This document shows, piece by piece, positions 1-10,488 of a DNA stretch of 64,000 nt. The notes below the pieces were generated by a model, which saw only the letters and a list, made by a program, of their open reading frames with translations, made no database searches and was not told the DNA's origin. The position numbers and the translations under genes are program-made. Origin of the DNA: a bacterium (lineage in GTDB: Bacteria > SAR324 > XYD2-FULL-50-16 > G965216635); the NCBI GenBank assembly GCA_965216635.1, contig OZ244188.1, forward strand, positions 1,792,001-1,856,000, given 5' to 3'. The first letter of the stretch is position 1. Each line of letters begins with the position of its first letter.

Positions 1-363
1 AAAAAGTGGAAAAGTATTTGTCAATTAGCTTGTGAAAACTCTGGCAGAGGCACCGTTCCCGAATTAATTTTTGCAGGGAAAATATCAGATGCTGCCCGAA
101 GTTTAAAAAAATGTGGTATTACTTTTTTTATTTTACACCCTGAATCTAGCACCCAAAAAATAGATTTTCACAAAGAAATAGATCTTCTAAGGTATCTTAA
201 ACAGGTTGCCGTTTTTGTAGGACCCCAAAAGGGTTTTAGTGATGCAGAAATTAAAAATCTAGATTGTGTAAATTTGAGCTTAGGGAAAAATGTTATGAAA
301 CCAGAAACAGCCGCTTTGATGGTATCGGCTATATTTATCTCCCAAACCTATAAACAAAACTAA
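1..363 (+). CDS. rsmE: 16S rRNA m3U1498 methyltransferase RsmE-like, 3' part (5' end outside window)
   Basis: Manual frame-1 translation KKWKSICQLACENSGRGTVPEL...VFVGPQKGFSDAE...SLGKNVMKPETAA...TAA at 361-363 follows the RsmE pattern (EQSGR / GPEGG / LG..ILR.ETA), though divergent. Confidence 0.7.
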   Translation, partial: KKWKSICQLACENSGRGTVPELIFAGKISDAARSLKKCGITFFILHPESSTQKIDFHKEIDLLRYLKQVAVFVGPQKGFSDAEIKNLDCVNLSLGKNVMKPETAALMVSAIFISQTYKQN

Positions 364-365
364 CC

Positions 366-1718
366 ATGAATCCTATTCAACAATTTATCTTTTACTGCCT
401 AATCCCTATTGCTTTTGTTTTTTTATTAGAGCGATTCTTTTTCTCCTACTACTTTCAAAAAACAGAAAAAAGAAAAAATTTTATTAGAAATACAAAAGTT
501 TTTCACCCTAATAATATCAGTAAATTTCGTTATCCGGTAGGTTTTTTGTGTATTGCAATTTATCATTATTTTTCCCCCCAACTTGCTCTCCTTCTTTGGG
601 CGATAAGTATGTTGACTGATTTAACCGATGGCACTATTGCTCGCCACTACAAAATGTCTACTCCACAAGGAGCTTCTATTGATCCTCTATCGGATAAGTT
701 AATGCTGTTACCTCCCTTGTTATATCTAGTTTATCTACAAGTAGCAAACATTTGGCTAGTGAGTGTTTTTATTGTTTTAGATCTTGTAGGACAGTATTTA
801 CGCCGCTTTAAGTCAAAAAAACAGGCTAATGTGTTCGGTAAAGCCAAGACATTTTTAATCGTTATTTGTTTGAGTTTAGCTTATGTTCAGCTAACCTACT
901 GGGGAAAAATTTATTGGGATTTCAGCGATCGTTTAGTGGTAGCTATGGTTGGATTATCGGTTGCGAGTATTTTTTTTCGCTTTATCCCCAACAACTGGTA
1001 TGGTAATTTTTTAACCTTTACAAACTTTTCTTGCGGCGTTGGAGGCATAATACTCATTATCTACGGTTTTCGTATAGAATATGCTTTCTTACTCATCTTT
1101 TTTGGACAATTTTTAGATCTTTACGACGGCAGGGCGGTAAGAAAATGGGGGGGTACTTTGCGCGGTGAGCTTTACGACGACATAGCAGACGGCACAAATT
1201 TTGGAGGCACTGTCAGTTTTATCATTTTAGCAGTGGTGAAAAACTACTGGCTTTCTATTCCTTTAGCCGTAATTTACTTTTGTTGCACAATCTATCGCCT
1301 TTACCGTTTTATCAAAAACAAACGCGAGCAAAATATAGATGGCGATAAAGGAGTAACAGTTTTTGTAGGCATGCCTTCTCCCGCTGGTGCTTTTTTTGTA
1401 GGTTCTAGTCTTATTCTACTAGAACAAACCCATTTTTTTTCTTGGAATGCTGAAACAAGAATCGGTTTGGAAATTGCCGTAGTGCTTTTAAGTTCTTTTT
1501 TGATGATTTCTAAAATTCCCTATATTCATTTTGCTCAAATTATACTCCCGCGTATATCCAATATTATACAAGCCGTAAGTATGATAGGAATTATTCTTTT
1601 ACTCCTTTGGAGCATTAAAAATTCTGATTTCTTTTTATTGATTATTCTGTTTTGGACAATGTCCGTAATTTATCTGATTTCCGGAATCCAGCAATGGTTA
1701 CAGAAGACTAAAGAATGA
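366..1718 (+). CDS. Double CDP-alcohol phosphatidyltransferase (PgsA-like N domain + PssA-like C domain)
   Basis: Two DxxDGxxAR..GxxxDxxxD-type motifs (DLTDGTIAR..GASIDPLSD; DLYDGRAVR..GELYDDIAD), FVGMPSP motif, many TM segments. Confidence 0.8.
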   Translation: MNPIQQFIFYCLIPIAFVFLLERFFFSYYFQKTEKRKNFIRNTKVFHPNNISKFRYPVGFLCIAIYHYFSPQLALLLWAISMLTDLTDGTIARHYKMSTPQGASIDPLSDKLMLLPPLLYLVYLQVANIWLVSVFIVLDLVGQYLRRFKSKKQANVFGKAKTFLIVICLSLAYVQLTYWGKIYWDFSDRLVVAMVGLSVASIFFRFIPNNWYGNFLTFTNFSCGVGGIILIIYGFRIEYAFLLIFFGQFLDLYDGRAVRKWGGTLRGELYDDIADGTNFGGTVSFIILAVVKNYWLSIPLAVIYFCCTIYRLYRFIKNKREQNIDGDKGVTVFVGMPSPAGAFFVGSSLILLEQTHFFSWNAETRIGLEIAVVLLSSFLMISKIPYIHFAQIILPRISNIIQAVSMIGIILLLLWSIKNSDFFLLIILFWTMSVIYLISGIQQWLQKTKE

Positions 1719-2479
1719 AATTCATTATTTTTTTTCCTCTAGTAATACTACTACTAGTTTTATCTCCTATTATTTTTTTTTGGGCATACTTTCTCCCTCA
1801 AAGTTGGCAAACACAGATACTAAAAATTACTTTGAAAATTTGGTGCAAAAGTATTTTACTCAGCTTTGGGATACGGCTGCGCTACTGCAAAAAACCATCA
1901 GCTTCTTTTATAAAAAAGCCTCTTCTCATTCTCAGCAACCACCAATCCTATATGGATATTGCCTTGCTAATATATTTATTTCAGTGCGGGTTTATTTTAA
2001 AATCTTCTTTGATGTTTACCCCTTTTGGTTGGAGTGCTGTTTTTTTGGGCTCTATATCGCTGCGCCGTACTAGTATTTCTAGCTTTAAGCAAACTAGAAA
2101 AAAATGTGAAAAAAGATTAAGGCAAGGCGTTAGTCTCTGTTTATTTCCCGAAGGAACTCGCAGCAACGGCGAAAAATTACTACCTTTCAAAAGAGGCTTG
2201 CTAGATTTTTATTACCAAAACCAAACCCCAACACTTGTTCTGGCACATTACGGCAGCCATTTGATCCTACCTAAAAATAGTTTTTTCCCCGCCTTTGGGA
2301 AAACGACGGTAGCCTACAATTGCGGCATCATAGAGCCTAAAAACTATGCCAGTTTGAAACAATTTATAGAAGCCTGCCAACAGGAGACAGCTTTAGGACT
2401 CAAAGAAGCAAAAAATATCTATACAAAGATACATCAACAAAACAAACAATGCAAAACCAACAAAGAAAAGAAATTTTAG
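1715..2479 (+). CDS. plsC: 1-acyl-sn-glycerol-3-phosphate acyltransferase (PlsC family)
   Basis: NHQSYMD and FPEGTRS motifs. Confidence 0.85.
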   Translation: MKFIIFFPLVILLLVLSPIIFFWAYFLPQSWQTQILKITLKIWCKSILLSFGIRLRYCKKPSASFIKKPLLILSNHQSYMDIALLIYLFQCGFILKSSLMFTPFGWSAVFLGSISLRRTSISSFKQTRKKCEKRLRQGVSLCLFPEGTRSNGEKLLPFKRGLLDFYYQNQTPTLVLAHYGSHLILPKNSFFPAFGKTTVAYNCGIIEPKNYASLKQFIEACQQETALGLKEAKNIYTKIHQQNKQCKTNKEKKF

Positions 2480-5400
2480 ATTATGATTTTCCTCAAGGCA
2501 TCAGCTTAATTGAAGCCAACGCTGGAACGGGAAAAACTTTTTCTATAGAATTACTTTATCTTAAAGCTTTGCTAGAATTAAAACTAGAAGTGCAACAAAT
2601 TCTGCTGGTTACTTTTACTGTAGAAGCCACACAGCAGATGAAAAAGAGAATTTTTGATACTTTACAAAGATGCTACGATTTTTTTTCTCAGCAGCAAAAT
2701 AAAGCAGAAGATTTCCCACTACAACAGTTTTTAGAAAAAATACAAAAAGAAAAAAATTTAAGTGTAAAAAAGATCACTCTTCTTTTACAAAAAGCAGTGG
2801 TTCATTTTGACGAAGCCGCTATTTTTTCTATCCATAGTTTTGCTTCTCGTATCAACAAAGAATCTTTTATTAAAGGAACTATTGGCACTGCTAGTAAGCT
2901 CCATGAAAATTTAGCAAGAAATGCTGGAGAGGAGTTGTTTTTTGTTTTTTGGATAGCTAAAATTTTACCCGATACAGATTATGCTAAACTTTGTTATCAA
3001 ATTTTAAATAGGGGAGAAAAGGAAATTTTATTAAAGTTTTTCCAAGAAATTATTAATAAAATTGATATAGTGGAGATTGTAGGAAATTCTGAAGTTATAG
3101 AATTTTCTAAGAATTTAGAAACATCCTCTTCTGAAAAACACTTTCCCGTTTTACAAGAAAAATACTCCCAGTTACAGAAAAAATGGCAATGGAGTGATAT
3201 AGAAAAACTTTTGGAGACGAGCAAAATTTTTGTCAACAAACAAAAATCAACAGTTCAAAAACATTTTCAAACTATCCAAAAAAAATTGACATCAGAAACA
3301 CAGTCTGTAGAAAATTGGCACGAGGCTACTAAAGAGCAGCAGTCTCCTGCTCTAAAATATTTTATAGCTTGGTTTAGAGAGATAAGTTCTTTTGCTGACG
3401 CAAAAAAAAATTTAGCAACAAATACGGCTGCTTCTGCACTACAAAAATATATTTTGGCGCAGAACGATTTTACTTCTTTTTTGAGAGTGGATTTTTTAAA
3501 ATTCGCAAAAAAAAAGTTTGCTGAATATAAAAAAGAGCAGCAACTCTATACTTACGATGATATTATTTCTTCTTTTTATACTCTTTCCAAAGAGCAAGCT
3601 AGTAGTCAATTCCAATTAGTCATTATTGATGAATTTCAAGATACCGATGAAATTCAAAGCCAAGCCTTTCTCAATCTTTTTCACTCAAACAATACAAGAA
3701 TGATTTTAGTCGGAGACCCAAAGCAATCTATTTTTCGTTTCCGTGGCGGAGATCTTTTCACCTATCTGAAAATGAAGGAGCATTTTGTGGCAGATCAATC
3801 CTATAGATTAGATAAAAACTGGCGTTCACAAAAAGAAATCGTAGAAATGGTTAATTTACTTTTTTCACCGCCTCGTAGTTTTTTACTAGATAATTTAGAA
3901 TATTTTCCTTCTTCGGCGATTTTAAAGCAAAGTGAAGGAGTGTTTTTTGAAGAAAAACCACAACCAGCATTTAAAGTTTGGGACTGTGCTTGGAACGAAA
4001 AAGAAACCAAAGAAAGTTTGGAAAATAAAATTTTGCTGCATCTAGCTGGTGAAGTCAGCCGTATGATAACTTTGGGACAGCAAGAAAAATTGATGGTGGG
4101 AGATAAAAAACTAGAACCAAATATGATTTGTATTTTAGTTCCGACCAATGAAAATATTTATAAAGTTCGCCAATATTTAGCAAAATTGGATATTTATGCC
4201 AGTGCTATAAGCAAAACTCTTTTGCTAGAAAGTTTGGAATTTTTGGAATTTTGGAATCTATTGCAGGCTGTTTTTTATTATAAAGATAAGAAAAAAATCC
4301 GCACTGTACTGTTAAGCCGTTTTTTTGGCTATTCTTTAAGCGAACTTTATGAACTGGAAAAAGGCTACAAGTGGGAAAAAATTTTAGAAGAATTCCGATT
4401 ATTTCACCAAATTTGGGAAAAAAAAGGTTTCGCTTTGATGATAGAAAAACTAGTGAGAAAAAAACAGATCCTAAAAAACTTGCTGAATTATGGTTATAGG
4501 AGCGTGGCTAATTTTTACCACAGTCTAGATTTTTTTTTAAATATTTTTAAAGACAATCTCAAAATAGAAACACAGATAAAAATTTTAGAAAATCTATCGG
4601 AAGAGCTATCACAAAATTCATCCAAAAACAATTTAAGGGTAGAATCGGATACCAATGCGGTTCAAATTATGACAATCCATAACAGTAAAGGGTTAGAATT
4701 TCCCATAGTTTTTTGCCCTTACCTTTGGAAACCCTATTCTCCTTCTAATATTCCTTCTCAAAAATCTTATTTTTTTCACTCCCCCAATAAAGCCAACAGG
4801 CAAACACAAAACCCAGAAAAAAACAAAAAAATACTATCTTATGATTTGAGTAAGCAAAATCTTTATAAAAAAACTATTCAAGAAGAGCAAGAAGCAGAAA
4901 ACCGTAGACTCCTATATGTCCTACTAACCAGAGCAAAACATCAAATCCATCTTTATTACAGTGAAGATTATTCGGCTAAAAAACAATCTCCTTTTGTAGA
5001 ATTATTAGAGCAACTTAAAAAAACAGAAAATTTCGCAAAATGGACTAAAAAGCTACCTTTAAATTCTGTCCCAGATTTTGAAAAATTCCGTTTTCCTAAA
5101 ACCACTCTTAAAGAACCCAAAAAATGGATGCGACCGCTCACTGCTGTCAAAGAAAGTTATAGCTTTTCTAGTTTAACGAGCCAAAAGCAAAGTAGCCTAC
5201 CAGAAACCCAAAAAGAAATTTATAAAAAAATTATAACAAATGAAAAAGAGTTTAAAACAATAAGTGAAAAAGACAGAGTATTTTACCTTCCTTCCGGCAT
5301 AGAAGTGGGAAACCTAGTGCATCAAGCTCTGGATTTTTGGCAATCACAGCAAACCAAAACCGAACAAGAAAAAAAAGAGCATCTTAAAAACTTTATCCAA

Positions 5401-6009
5401 AAAAAGCTGCCTTTTTTTAAGATAGAAAATTTTTGGATAGATACTTTATTTACGCTTTGTCAAAAAAGCTACTATCACCGTCTCCAAATTGCAGACTCTC
5501 AAACATCGCTTTTAGAAATATCTCCGCTAAACAGGACTGGGGAAATGAAATTTCATTTAGATTTAAAAAAAAACGAACTGGTAGAAAAAATCCTTTTCCT
5601 CAGTCAAAAAAACCTCACCAACAAAGTTTTGCAGTCTTTGAAGGAAATTGTATTACAATTTACGAATAAAGAATTTCAAAATATTTGCGCCGGTATCATT
5701 GATTTGGTTTTTTTCTACAAAAAGAAATATTATATTCTAGATTGGAAAACAAACTGGTTAGGTGATAAAGTAGAAGATTATCATTCTGAAAATTTAGACA
5801 AGGCTATGCTTAAGCACAGCTATTTTTTACAATATTTTCTTTACTATTTGGCGTTGGAAAAATTCTTATTTGCTAAAAACTCTCCCTATGGGATTGGAGG
5901 AGTATTTTATCTTTTTGTAAGAGGGTTGAGCTTTGAAAATCTAAATTTAGGAGTGTATTTTGATAAAATGGATTATATGCAACCGTCTATGACCGAGCTT
6001 TCACATTAG
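2449..6009 (+). CDS. recB: Exodeoxyribonuclease V beta subunit (RecB helicase-nuclease)
   Basis: EANAGTGKT Walker A, IDEFQDT, GDPKQSIFRFRGGD, TIHNSKGLEF, C-terminal GIIDL..ILDWKTN nuclease. Confidence 0.9.
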   Translation: MQNQQRKEILDYDFPQGISLIEANAGTGKTFSIELLYLKALLELKLEVQQILLVTFTVEATQQMKKRIFDTLQRCYDFFSQQQNKAEDFPLQQFLEKIQKEKNLSVKKITLLLQKAVVHFDEAAIFSIHSFASRINKESFIKGTIGTASKLHENLARNAGEELFFVFWIAKILPDTDYAKLCYQILNRGEKEILLKFFQEIINKIDIVEIVGNSEVIEFSKNLETSSSEKHFPVLQEKYSQLQKKWQWSDIEKLLETSKIFVNKQKSTVQKHFQTIQKKLTSETQSVENWHEATKEQQSPALKYFIAWFREISSFADAKKNLATNTAASALQKYILAQNDFTSFLRVDFLKFAKKKFAEYKKEQQLYTYDDIISSFYTLSKEQASSQFQLVIIDEFQDTDEIQSQAFLNLFHSNNTRMILVGDPKQSIFRFRGGDLFTYLKMKEHFVADQSYRLDKNWRSQKEIVEMVNLLFSPPRSFLLDNLEYFPSSAILKQSEGVFFEEKPQPAFKVWDCAWNEKETKESLENKILLHLAGEVSRMITLGQQEKLMVGDKKLEPNMICILVPTNENIYKVRQYLAKLDIYASAISKTLLLESLEFLEFWNLLQAVFYYKDKKKIRTVLLSRFFGYSLSELYELEKGYKWEKILEEFRLFHQIWEKKGFALMIEKLVRKKQILKNLLNYGYRSVANFYHSLDFFLNIFKDNLKIETQIKILENLSEELSQNSSKNNLRVESDTNAVQIMTIHNSKGLEFPIVFCPYLWKPYSPSNIPSQKSYFFHSPNKANRQTQNPEKNKKILSYDLSKQNLYKKTIQEEQEAENRRLLYVLLTRAKHQIHLYYSEDYSAKKQSPFVELLEQLKKTENFAKWTKKLPLNSVPDFEKFRFPKTTLKEPKKWMRPLTAVKESYSFSSLTSQKQSSLPETQKEIYKKIITNEKEFKTISEKDRVFYLPSGIEVGNLVHQALDFWQSQQTKTEQEKKEHLKNFIQKKLPFFKIENFWIDTLFTLCQKSYYHRLQIADSQTSLLEISPLNRTGEMKFHLDLKKNELVEKILFLSQKNLTNKVLQSLKEIVLQFTNKEFQNICAGIIDLVFFYKKKYYILDWKTNWLGDKVEDYHSENLDKAMLKHSYFLQYFLYYLALEKFLFAKNSPYGIGGVFYLFVRGLSFENLNLGVYFDKMDYMQPSMTELSH

Positions 6010-6026
6010 TTTAGAAAAAAACAAAC

Positions 6027-6824
6027 ATGAAAAACAAAATTCACCCCACTGCTATCATAGATTCTTCCGCTAAAATAGGCGAGAACGTCACAATAAACCC
6101 TTACGCTATTGTGGGGAAAAATGTATCTGTAGGAAAAGGTTCTATTATCAAAACTCACGCCCACATAGTAGCCAATACAGAAATAGGCAAGCAGAATGTT
6201 ATCGGCAATGGAGCGGTAATAGGTGATTTAGCTCAAGATTTAAGCGTCAACCAACTGAATGAAAGTGATGATACTTGGCTTAAAATAGGAGATAATAATA
6301 CTTTTTTCCCTCATACACTTATTAGCCGTGGAACAGCAAAAGGTAACGGCTGGACTATAATTGGTTCAAACAATGTATTTTTGGGAAAAAGCCATATCGG
6401 ACACGATGTGGTTGTAAAAGATCACTGTACCTTATTACACGCTTCCATGATAGGAGGGCACGCAGAAATAGGAAGCCACGCCTATATAGGCGGGGCTACT
6501 GCGGTTCATCAGCATTGCAGAATAGGAGCATGTGCGATGGTGGGGGCGATGATTTTATTAAAAAAAGATGTGTTACCTTTTTTTTTAGTCGCTGGCAACC
6601 CTGTTTTACACTATAAACTCAACACAGTTGGATTGAAAAGACAAAATTTTTCTGTAGAAAGACTCCAAATCTTAAAACAAGCACACAAACTTTTAAGGCT
6701 TAATATTCACGATTCTCTGAAATCTTTACCCCAAAACGAAGATATTATTAGCCTTATAGAATGGAGAAAAGGCTCTAATCGTGGCATTTATTTTTTTGTA
6801 TCTTCTAAAAAAAATAATGATTGA
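6027..6824 (+). CDS. lpxA: UDP-N-acetylglucosamine O-acyltransferase
   Basis: IHPTAII start, hexapeptide repeats, HIGHD, VHQHCRIG, LNTVGLKR. Confidence 0.85.
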   Translation: MKNKIHPTAIIDSSAKIGENVTINPYAIVGKNVSVGKGSIIKTHAHIVANTEIGKQNVIGNGAVIGDLAQDLSVNQLNESDDTWLKIGDNNTFFPHTLISRGTAKGNGWTIIGSNNVFLGKSHIGHDVVVKDHCTLLHASMIGGHAEIGSHAYIGGATAVHQHCRIGACAMVGAMILLKKDVLPFFLVAGNPVLHYKLNTVGLKRQNFSVERLQILKQAHKLLRLNIHDSLKSLPQNEDIISLIEWRKGSNRGIYFFVSSKKNND

Positions 6825-7131
6825 AAATATTACTAATGCTAATTTCCAAAAAAAAGTTTTGCAGAGTAAGATTTCCGTACTTGTGGATTTCTGGGCGGAG
6901 GGATGCGCACCCTGTAAAGAGATTTCCACAATGCTAGAAAAAATCAATCAAGAGCAAATAGACTCAAAAAAAATTTGTATAGCTAAATTGGATGTAATGC
7001 AAAACCGAGAAATTGCTTTACAATATAAAGTAATGCAGGTTCCTACTCTTATTCTTTTTGAAAAAGGAGAAATTAAGCAAAGAATTGTAGGTGCTGATAA
7101 AAAGACAATTAATAAAATTTTTGAAAAGTGA
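6817..7131 (+). CDS. trxA: Thioredoxin (ATG start at 6817 preferred over GTG 6781)
   Basis: VLVDFWAEGCAPCK, VPTL cis-Pro motif, ~104 aa. Confidence 0.85.
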   Translation: MIENITNANFQKKVLQSKISVLVDFWAEGCAPCKEISTMLEKINQEQIDSKKICIAKLDVMQNREIALQYKVMQVPTLILFEKGEIKQRIVGADKKTINKIFEK

Positions 7132-7910
7132 ACCAGACAAATTACCAAAAGTTACTCCTCAAAATTTCTTACCACGGAGCCTACTTCCAGGGCTGGCAGA
7201 CTCAATCTAATGGAAATGGAGTGGAAGATAAAATTGCTCTTGCTCTTAAAACACTTTATAAAGAAGAAGTAAAAATTCATTCTGTAAGTCGCACTGATTC
7301 GGGAGTGCACGCCAAAGAGCAGTTAGCGACTGTCGTCGTAAAAAATGAAATGACTCTTGAAAAACTGCTACGTTCTCTAAATGCTTTAACACCTCCGCAA
7401 CTTTCTATTTTTGAAATAATAGCAGTGAGAAATAATTTTAACCTGCGCCAACAAACAAATGGTAAGAAATACTGTTACCAAATTTATAATAGTCCAACTC
7501 CACCTGCTTTGTTTTCAGACTATTACTGGTATGTTCCCCAAAAACTCAATTTGTCCAAAATGAAAAAAGCAGCTCAAGTTTTAGAAGGCACTCACAATTT
7601 TCAGGTTTTTCGCTCTAGTAATTGCGAATCAAAAAATACAAAAAAAACCATTTTTTCTATTCAATGGAAAAAGAAAATTTTGCATCCAGCCAATTTGATT
7701 TCTATTTTTTTTGAAGGTAGCGGATTTTTAAAACAGATGGTAAGAATTATAGTAGGTTGTCTTGTAGAAATAGGGTTAGAAAAACAACATTCTACTCTTT
7801 TAACCGATGCTCTTAAAAATATCAATTCACAACCTTTAAAGTTCAGAGCTCCAGCAAAAGGACTTTTTTTGGAAAAAATTCTTGTAGATTTTCCTAAATT
7901 TTCAACTTAA
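7128..7910 (+). CDS. truA: tRNA pseudouridine(38-40) synthase
   Basis: ISYHGAYFQGWQTQ, SRTDSGVHA, GFLKQMVR, APAKGLFL. Confidence 0.92.
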   Translation: MNQTNYQKLLLKISYHGAYFQGWQTQSNGNGVEDKIALALKTLYKEEVKIHSVSRTDSGVHAKEQLATVVVKNEMTLEKLLRSLNALTPPQLSIFEIIAVRNNFNLRQQTNGKKYCYQIYNSPTPPALFSDYYWYVPQKLNLSKMKKAAQVLEGTHNFQVFRSSNCESKNTKKTIFSIQWKKKILHPANLISIFFEGSGFLKQMVRIIVGCLVEIGLEKQHSTLLTDALKNINSQPLKFRAPAKGLFLEKILVDFPKFST

Positions 7911-7946
7911 ACTTTTCATACTTCCAATCTTTATCTCTATCAAAGA

Positions 7947-9569
7947 ATGTTTAATGATGCTTTACTCCGTGGCTCTGTTCAAAAAATAAAAGAAAGACAA
8001 AATCTTTCTGATTCTGACGCTTTTATTGTCCATTGTCTGACAAAAATACTTCTCATAGAAGAACAGGTTGCTAAAGGTTATATTACAGATGGACCTAATG
8101 ACGGTAATATAGACGCATTTTATTACGAAATAGATGAAGTAGAAAACGAAATTGTACTTTATATTTTAAATTGCAAATATCCCAAAGAAGGTAGTAGTCA
8201 CTCTATAAGTGAAAGAGAGGTTCGCTTGTTATCTGATAGTTTAAGAAAAATCATCAAAGGAGAAACTTTTGCTAATCTTAAAGAAGATATAAAAAAAAAA
8301 TTGGAGGAAATCTCTATTTTAATAGAACAAGGATATAGCTACAGAATGGAAGTTTATTTTATTTGTTCTGGTAGCACTCCCGCCTCTGAATCCGTAAAAG
8401 CACAAGCGCTAAAATTTGAAGATGCAGTAATAGAATATCATTTTTGGTCTTTAGAAGATACTGTCAAAAACCTCAACGGGAAAAAAAGAACTGTTATTTT
8501 GGATATTCAAAAAGAAAGAATGAAATTTCAAATTGAAGATGCGGATATGAAATCTATGGTAGCTGTTTTACCAGCGGCGAGCGTTATCAAACTTTACGAA
8601 GAAGGGGGTAAAGATAGAATCTTGGATCAAAATGTCCGCGGTTACTTAGGTAGTAATAGCATCAATAAAAAAATCATTGAATCTGCTAACCACTCAAACG
8701 AGCTAGCGAATTATTTTTTGATTTTTAATAATGGTATTTCTGTAGTTTGTGATTTTTATGAAACTATAGAATTTTCAGGAATAACCCAATTAAAAATAGA
8801 AAACCCACAAATCATCAATGGAGGACAAACCACAAAGGCGCTTTATTCTCTCAAAGAGGGCAACAACCTTTCTGAAAAAATATCTGTATTTGCAAGAATA
8901 TATGAAACAAGAAAAGAAGAGTTAATTGACAAAATCAGGGAAAGCACAAACACTCAAAATAGCATTTCGTTAAGAGATTTAAAATCTACCCACAGCGTGC
9001 AGAAAAGAGTAAAAGAATATTTTGGAAATAAAGGAGTTTTTTTAGATATCAAAAGAGAGCGTAATGCACGAGAGAAAGAAAAATATCAAGAATCTATTCT
9101 TAACGATACTTTATTACAGGCTTATGTCTCTTTTTATAAAGATTTACCCCATAGAGCAAAATCTAGTAGAGCTTGGGTTTTTAAAAAATATTTTGATGAA
9201 GTTTTTACCGAAAACACAAGCGATAAATTATTAAAAGAACTTTATCTGAGTTACCAGATATGGAGGTTTTGTCTATTAAAAGAGGAGGAAGAAAAGGATA
9301 TTGCCAAGAGGCTTTTACTACAATATGGAAGCTATACAATTATTTATACTATGGGACAAATAGAACCTAAAATAAAAAAAATAGATATAGTAAAAGAAAA
9401 AAAATCATTAAAAGATTTTGCAGGTATAAACGAAATTCATAAGAAAACTGTAGCCTTAATCCAAGAGTTAGTTCAAGCAGAACAAAAAAGATTACAAGCA
9501 TCCTATTCGCATAATAATTTTTTTAAAAGCACAGAAATATTGGTTTTAATCAATCAAAAAATTACCTAA
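7947..9569 (+). CDS. AIPR (abortive infection phage resistance) family protein
   Basis: DGPNDGNIDAF, NVRGYLG, FNNGISVVC, QIINGGQT, TNTQN..RDL motifs. Confidence 0.85.
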   Translation: MFNDALLRGSVQKIKERQNLSDSDAFIVHCLTKILLIEEQVAKGYITDGPNDGNIDAFYYEIDEVENEIVLYILNCKYPKEGSSHSISEREVRLLSDSLRKIIKGETFANLKEDIKKKLEEISILIEQGYSYRMEVYFICSGSTPASESVKAQALKFEDAVIEYHFWSLEDTVKNLNGKKRTVILDIQKERMKFQIEDADMKSMVAVLPAASVIKLYEEGGKDRILDQNVRGYLGSNSINKKIIESANHSNELANYFLIFNNGISVVCDFYETIEFSGITQLKIENPQIINGGQTTKALYSLKEGNNLSEKISVFARIYETRKEELIDKIRESTNTQNSISLRDLKSTHSVQKRVKEYFGNKGVFLDIKRERNAREKEKYQESILNDTLLQAYVSFYKDLPHRAKSSRAWVFKKYFDEVFTENTSDKLLKELYLSYQIWRFCLLKEEEEKDIAKRLLLQYGSYTIIYTMGQIEPKIKKIDIVKEKKSLKDFAGINEIHKKTVALIQELVQAEQKRLQASYSHNNFFKSTEILVLINQKIT

Positions 9570-9576
9570 TAAATAT

Positions 9577-10488
9577 ATGAAAGATTACAATAGAGATTTA
9601 GTAGGCTATGGCGAAAATCCTCCCCAAATTCAGTGGAAAGACAGAGCCAAAATAGCAGTGCAGTTTGTAATAAACTACGAAGAAGGTGGAGAAAATTGCA
9701 TTTTGCACGGAGACAAAGCATCCGAAAAATTCCTATCGGAAATAGTCGGAGTGGAGGCTAGAGAAGGTGTTCGCCATATGAATATGGAATCTATCTATGA
9801 GTATGGCAGCCGTGCTGGTTTTTGGAGGCTTTTTCGCATGTTTAAAGATAGAGCGCTTCCTATAACTATTTTTGGAGTGGCTACTGCTATGGAGAAAAAT
9901 CCAGCTCCCATAGAAGCTGCTTTGAAAGAAAATTGGGAGATTGCAAGCCACGGTTATCGCTGGATTGAATACCAGTATTTTAGCAAAACCGAAGAACGAG
10001 AACATTTTGAAAAAGCAATAGAAATCCACAAACGAATAACGGGAGACCGTCCTAAAGGCTGGTATACAGGACGCACAAGTCCCTATTCCCGAGTGCTCAC
10101 AGCAGAAGATGGCGGTTTTTTGTATAACGCAGATAGCTACGCCGATGATTTGCCCTATTGGGAAAAATTACCCAACTGCGAAGCTCAATTAATAGTGCCT
10201 TACACTTTAGATAGTAATGATATGAGATTTGCAACTCCACAAGGTTTTAATAGCGGTGAACAGTTTTACACTTACTTAAAGGACGCTTTTGACCTGCTTT
10301 ACCAAGAAGGCGAAACCATTCCTAAAATGCTATCTGTCGGACTGCACTGTCGCCTTGTAGGCAGACCTGCTAGAGCGGTTGCTTTAGCTCGTTTTTTGGA
10401 TTATATTTTATCTAAAAAAGATGTTTGGATTTGTCGCCGTTCTGATATTGCAAAATGCTGGCGCAAACAATTTCCTTTTTTATCTTAG
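9577..10488 (+). CDS. puuE: Allantoinase PuuE (polysaccharide deacetylase fold)
   Basis: YNRDLVGYG, NYEEGGE, ESIYEYGSRAG, HGYRW, PYTLDSNDMRF, GLHCRLVGRPAR. Confidence 0.92.
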   Translation: MKDYNRDLVGYGENPPQIQWKDRAKIAVQFVINYEEGGENCILHGDKASEKFLSEIVGVEAREGVRHMNMESIYEYGSRAGFWRLFRMFKDRALPITIFGVATAMEKNPAPIEAALKENWEIASHGYRWIEYQYFSKTEEREHFEKAIEIHKRITGDRPKGWYTGRTSPYSRVLTAEDGGFLYNADSYADDLPYWEKLPNCEAQLIVPYTLDSNDMRFATPQGFNSGEQFYTYLKDAFDLLYQEGETIPKMLSVGLHCRLVGRPARAVALARFLDYILSKKDVWICRRSDIAKCWRKQFPFLS

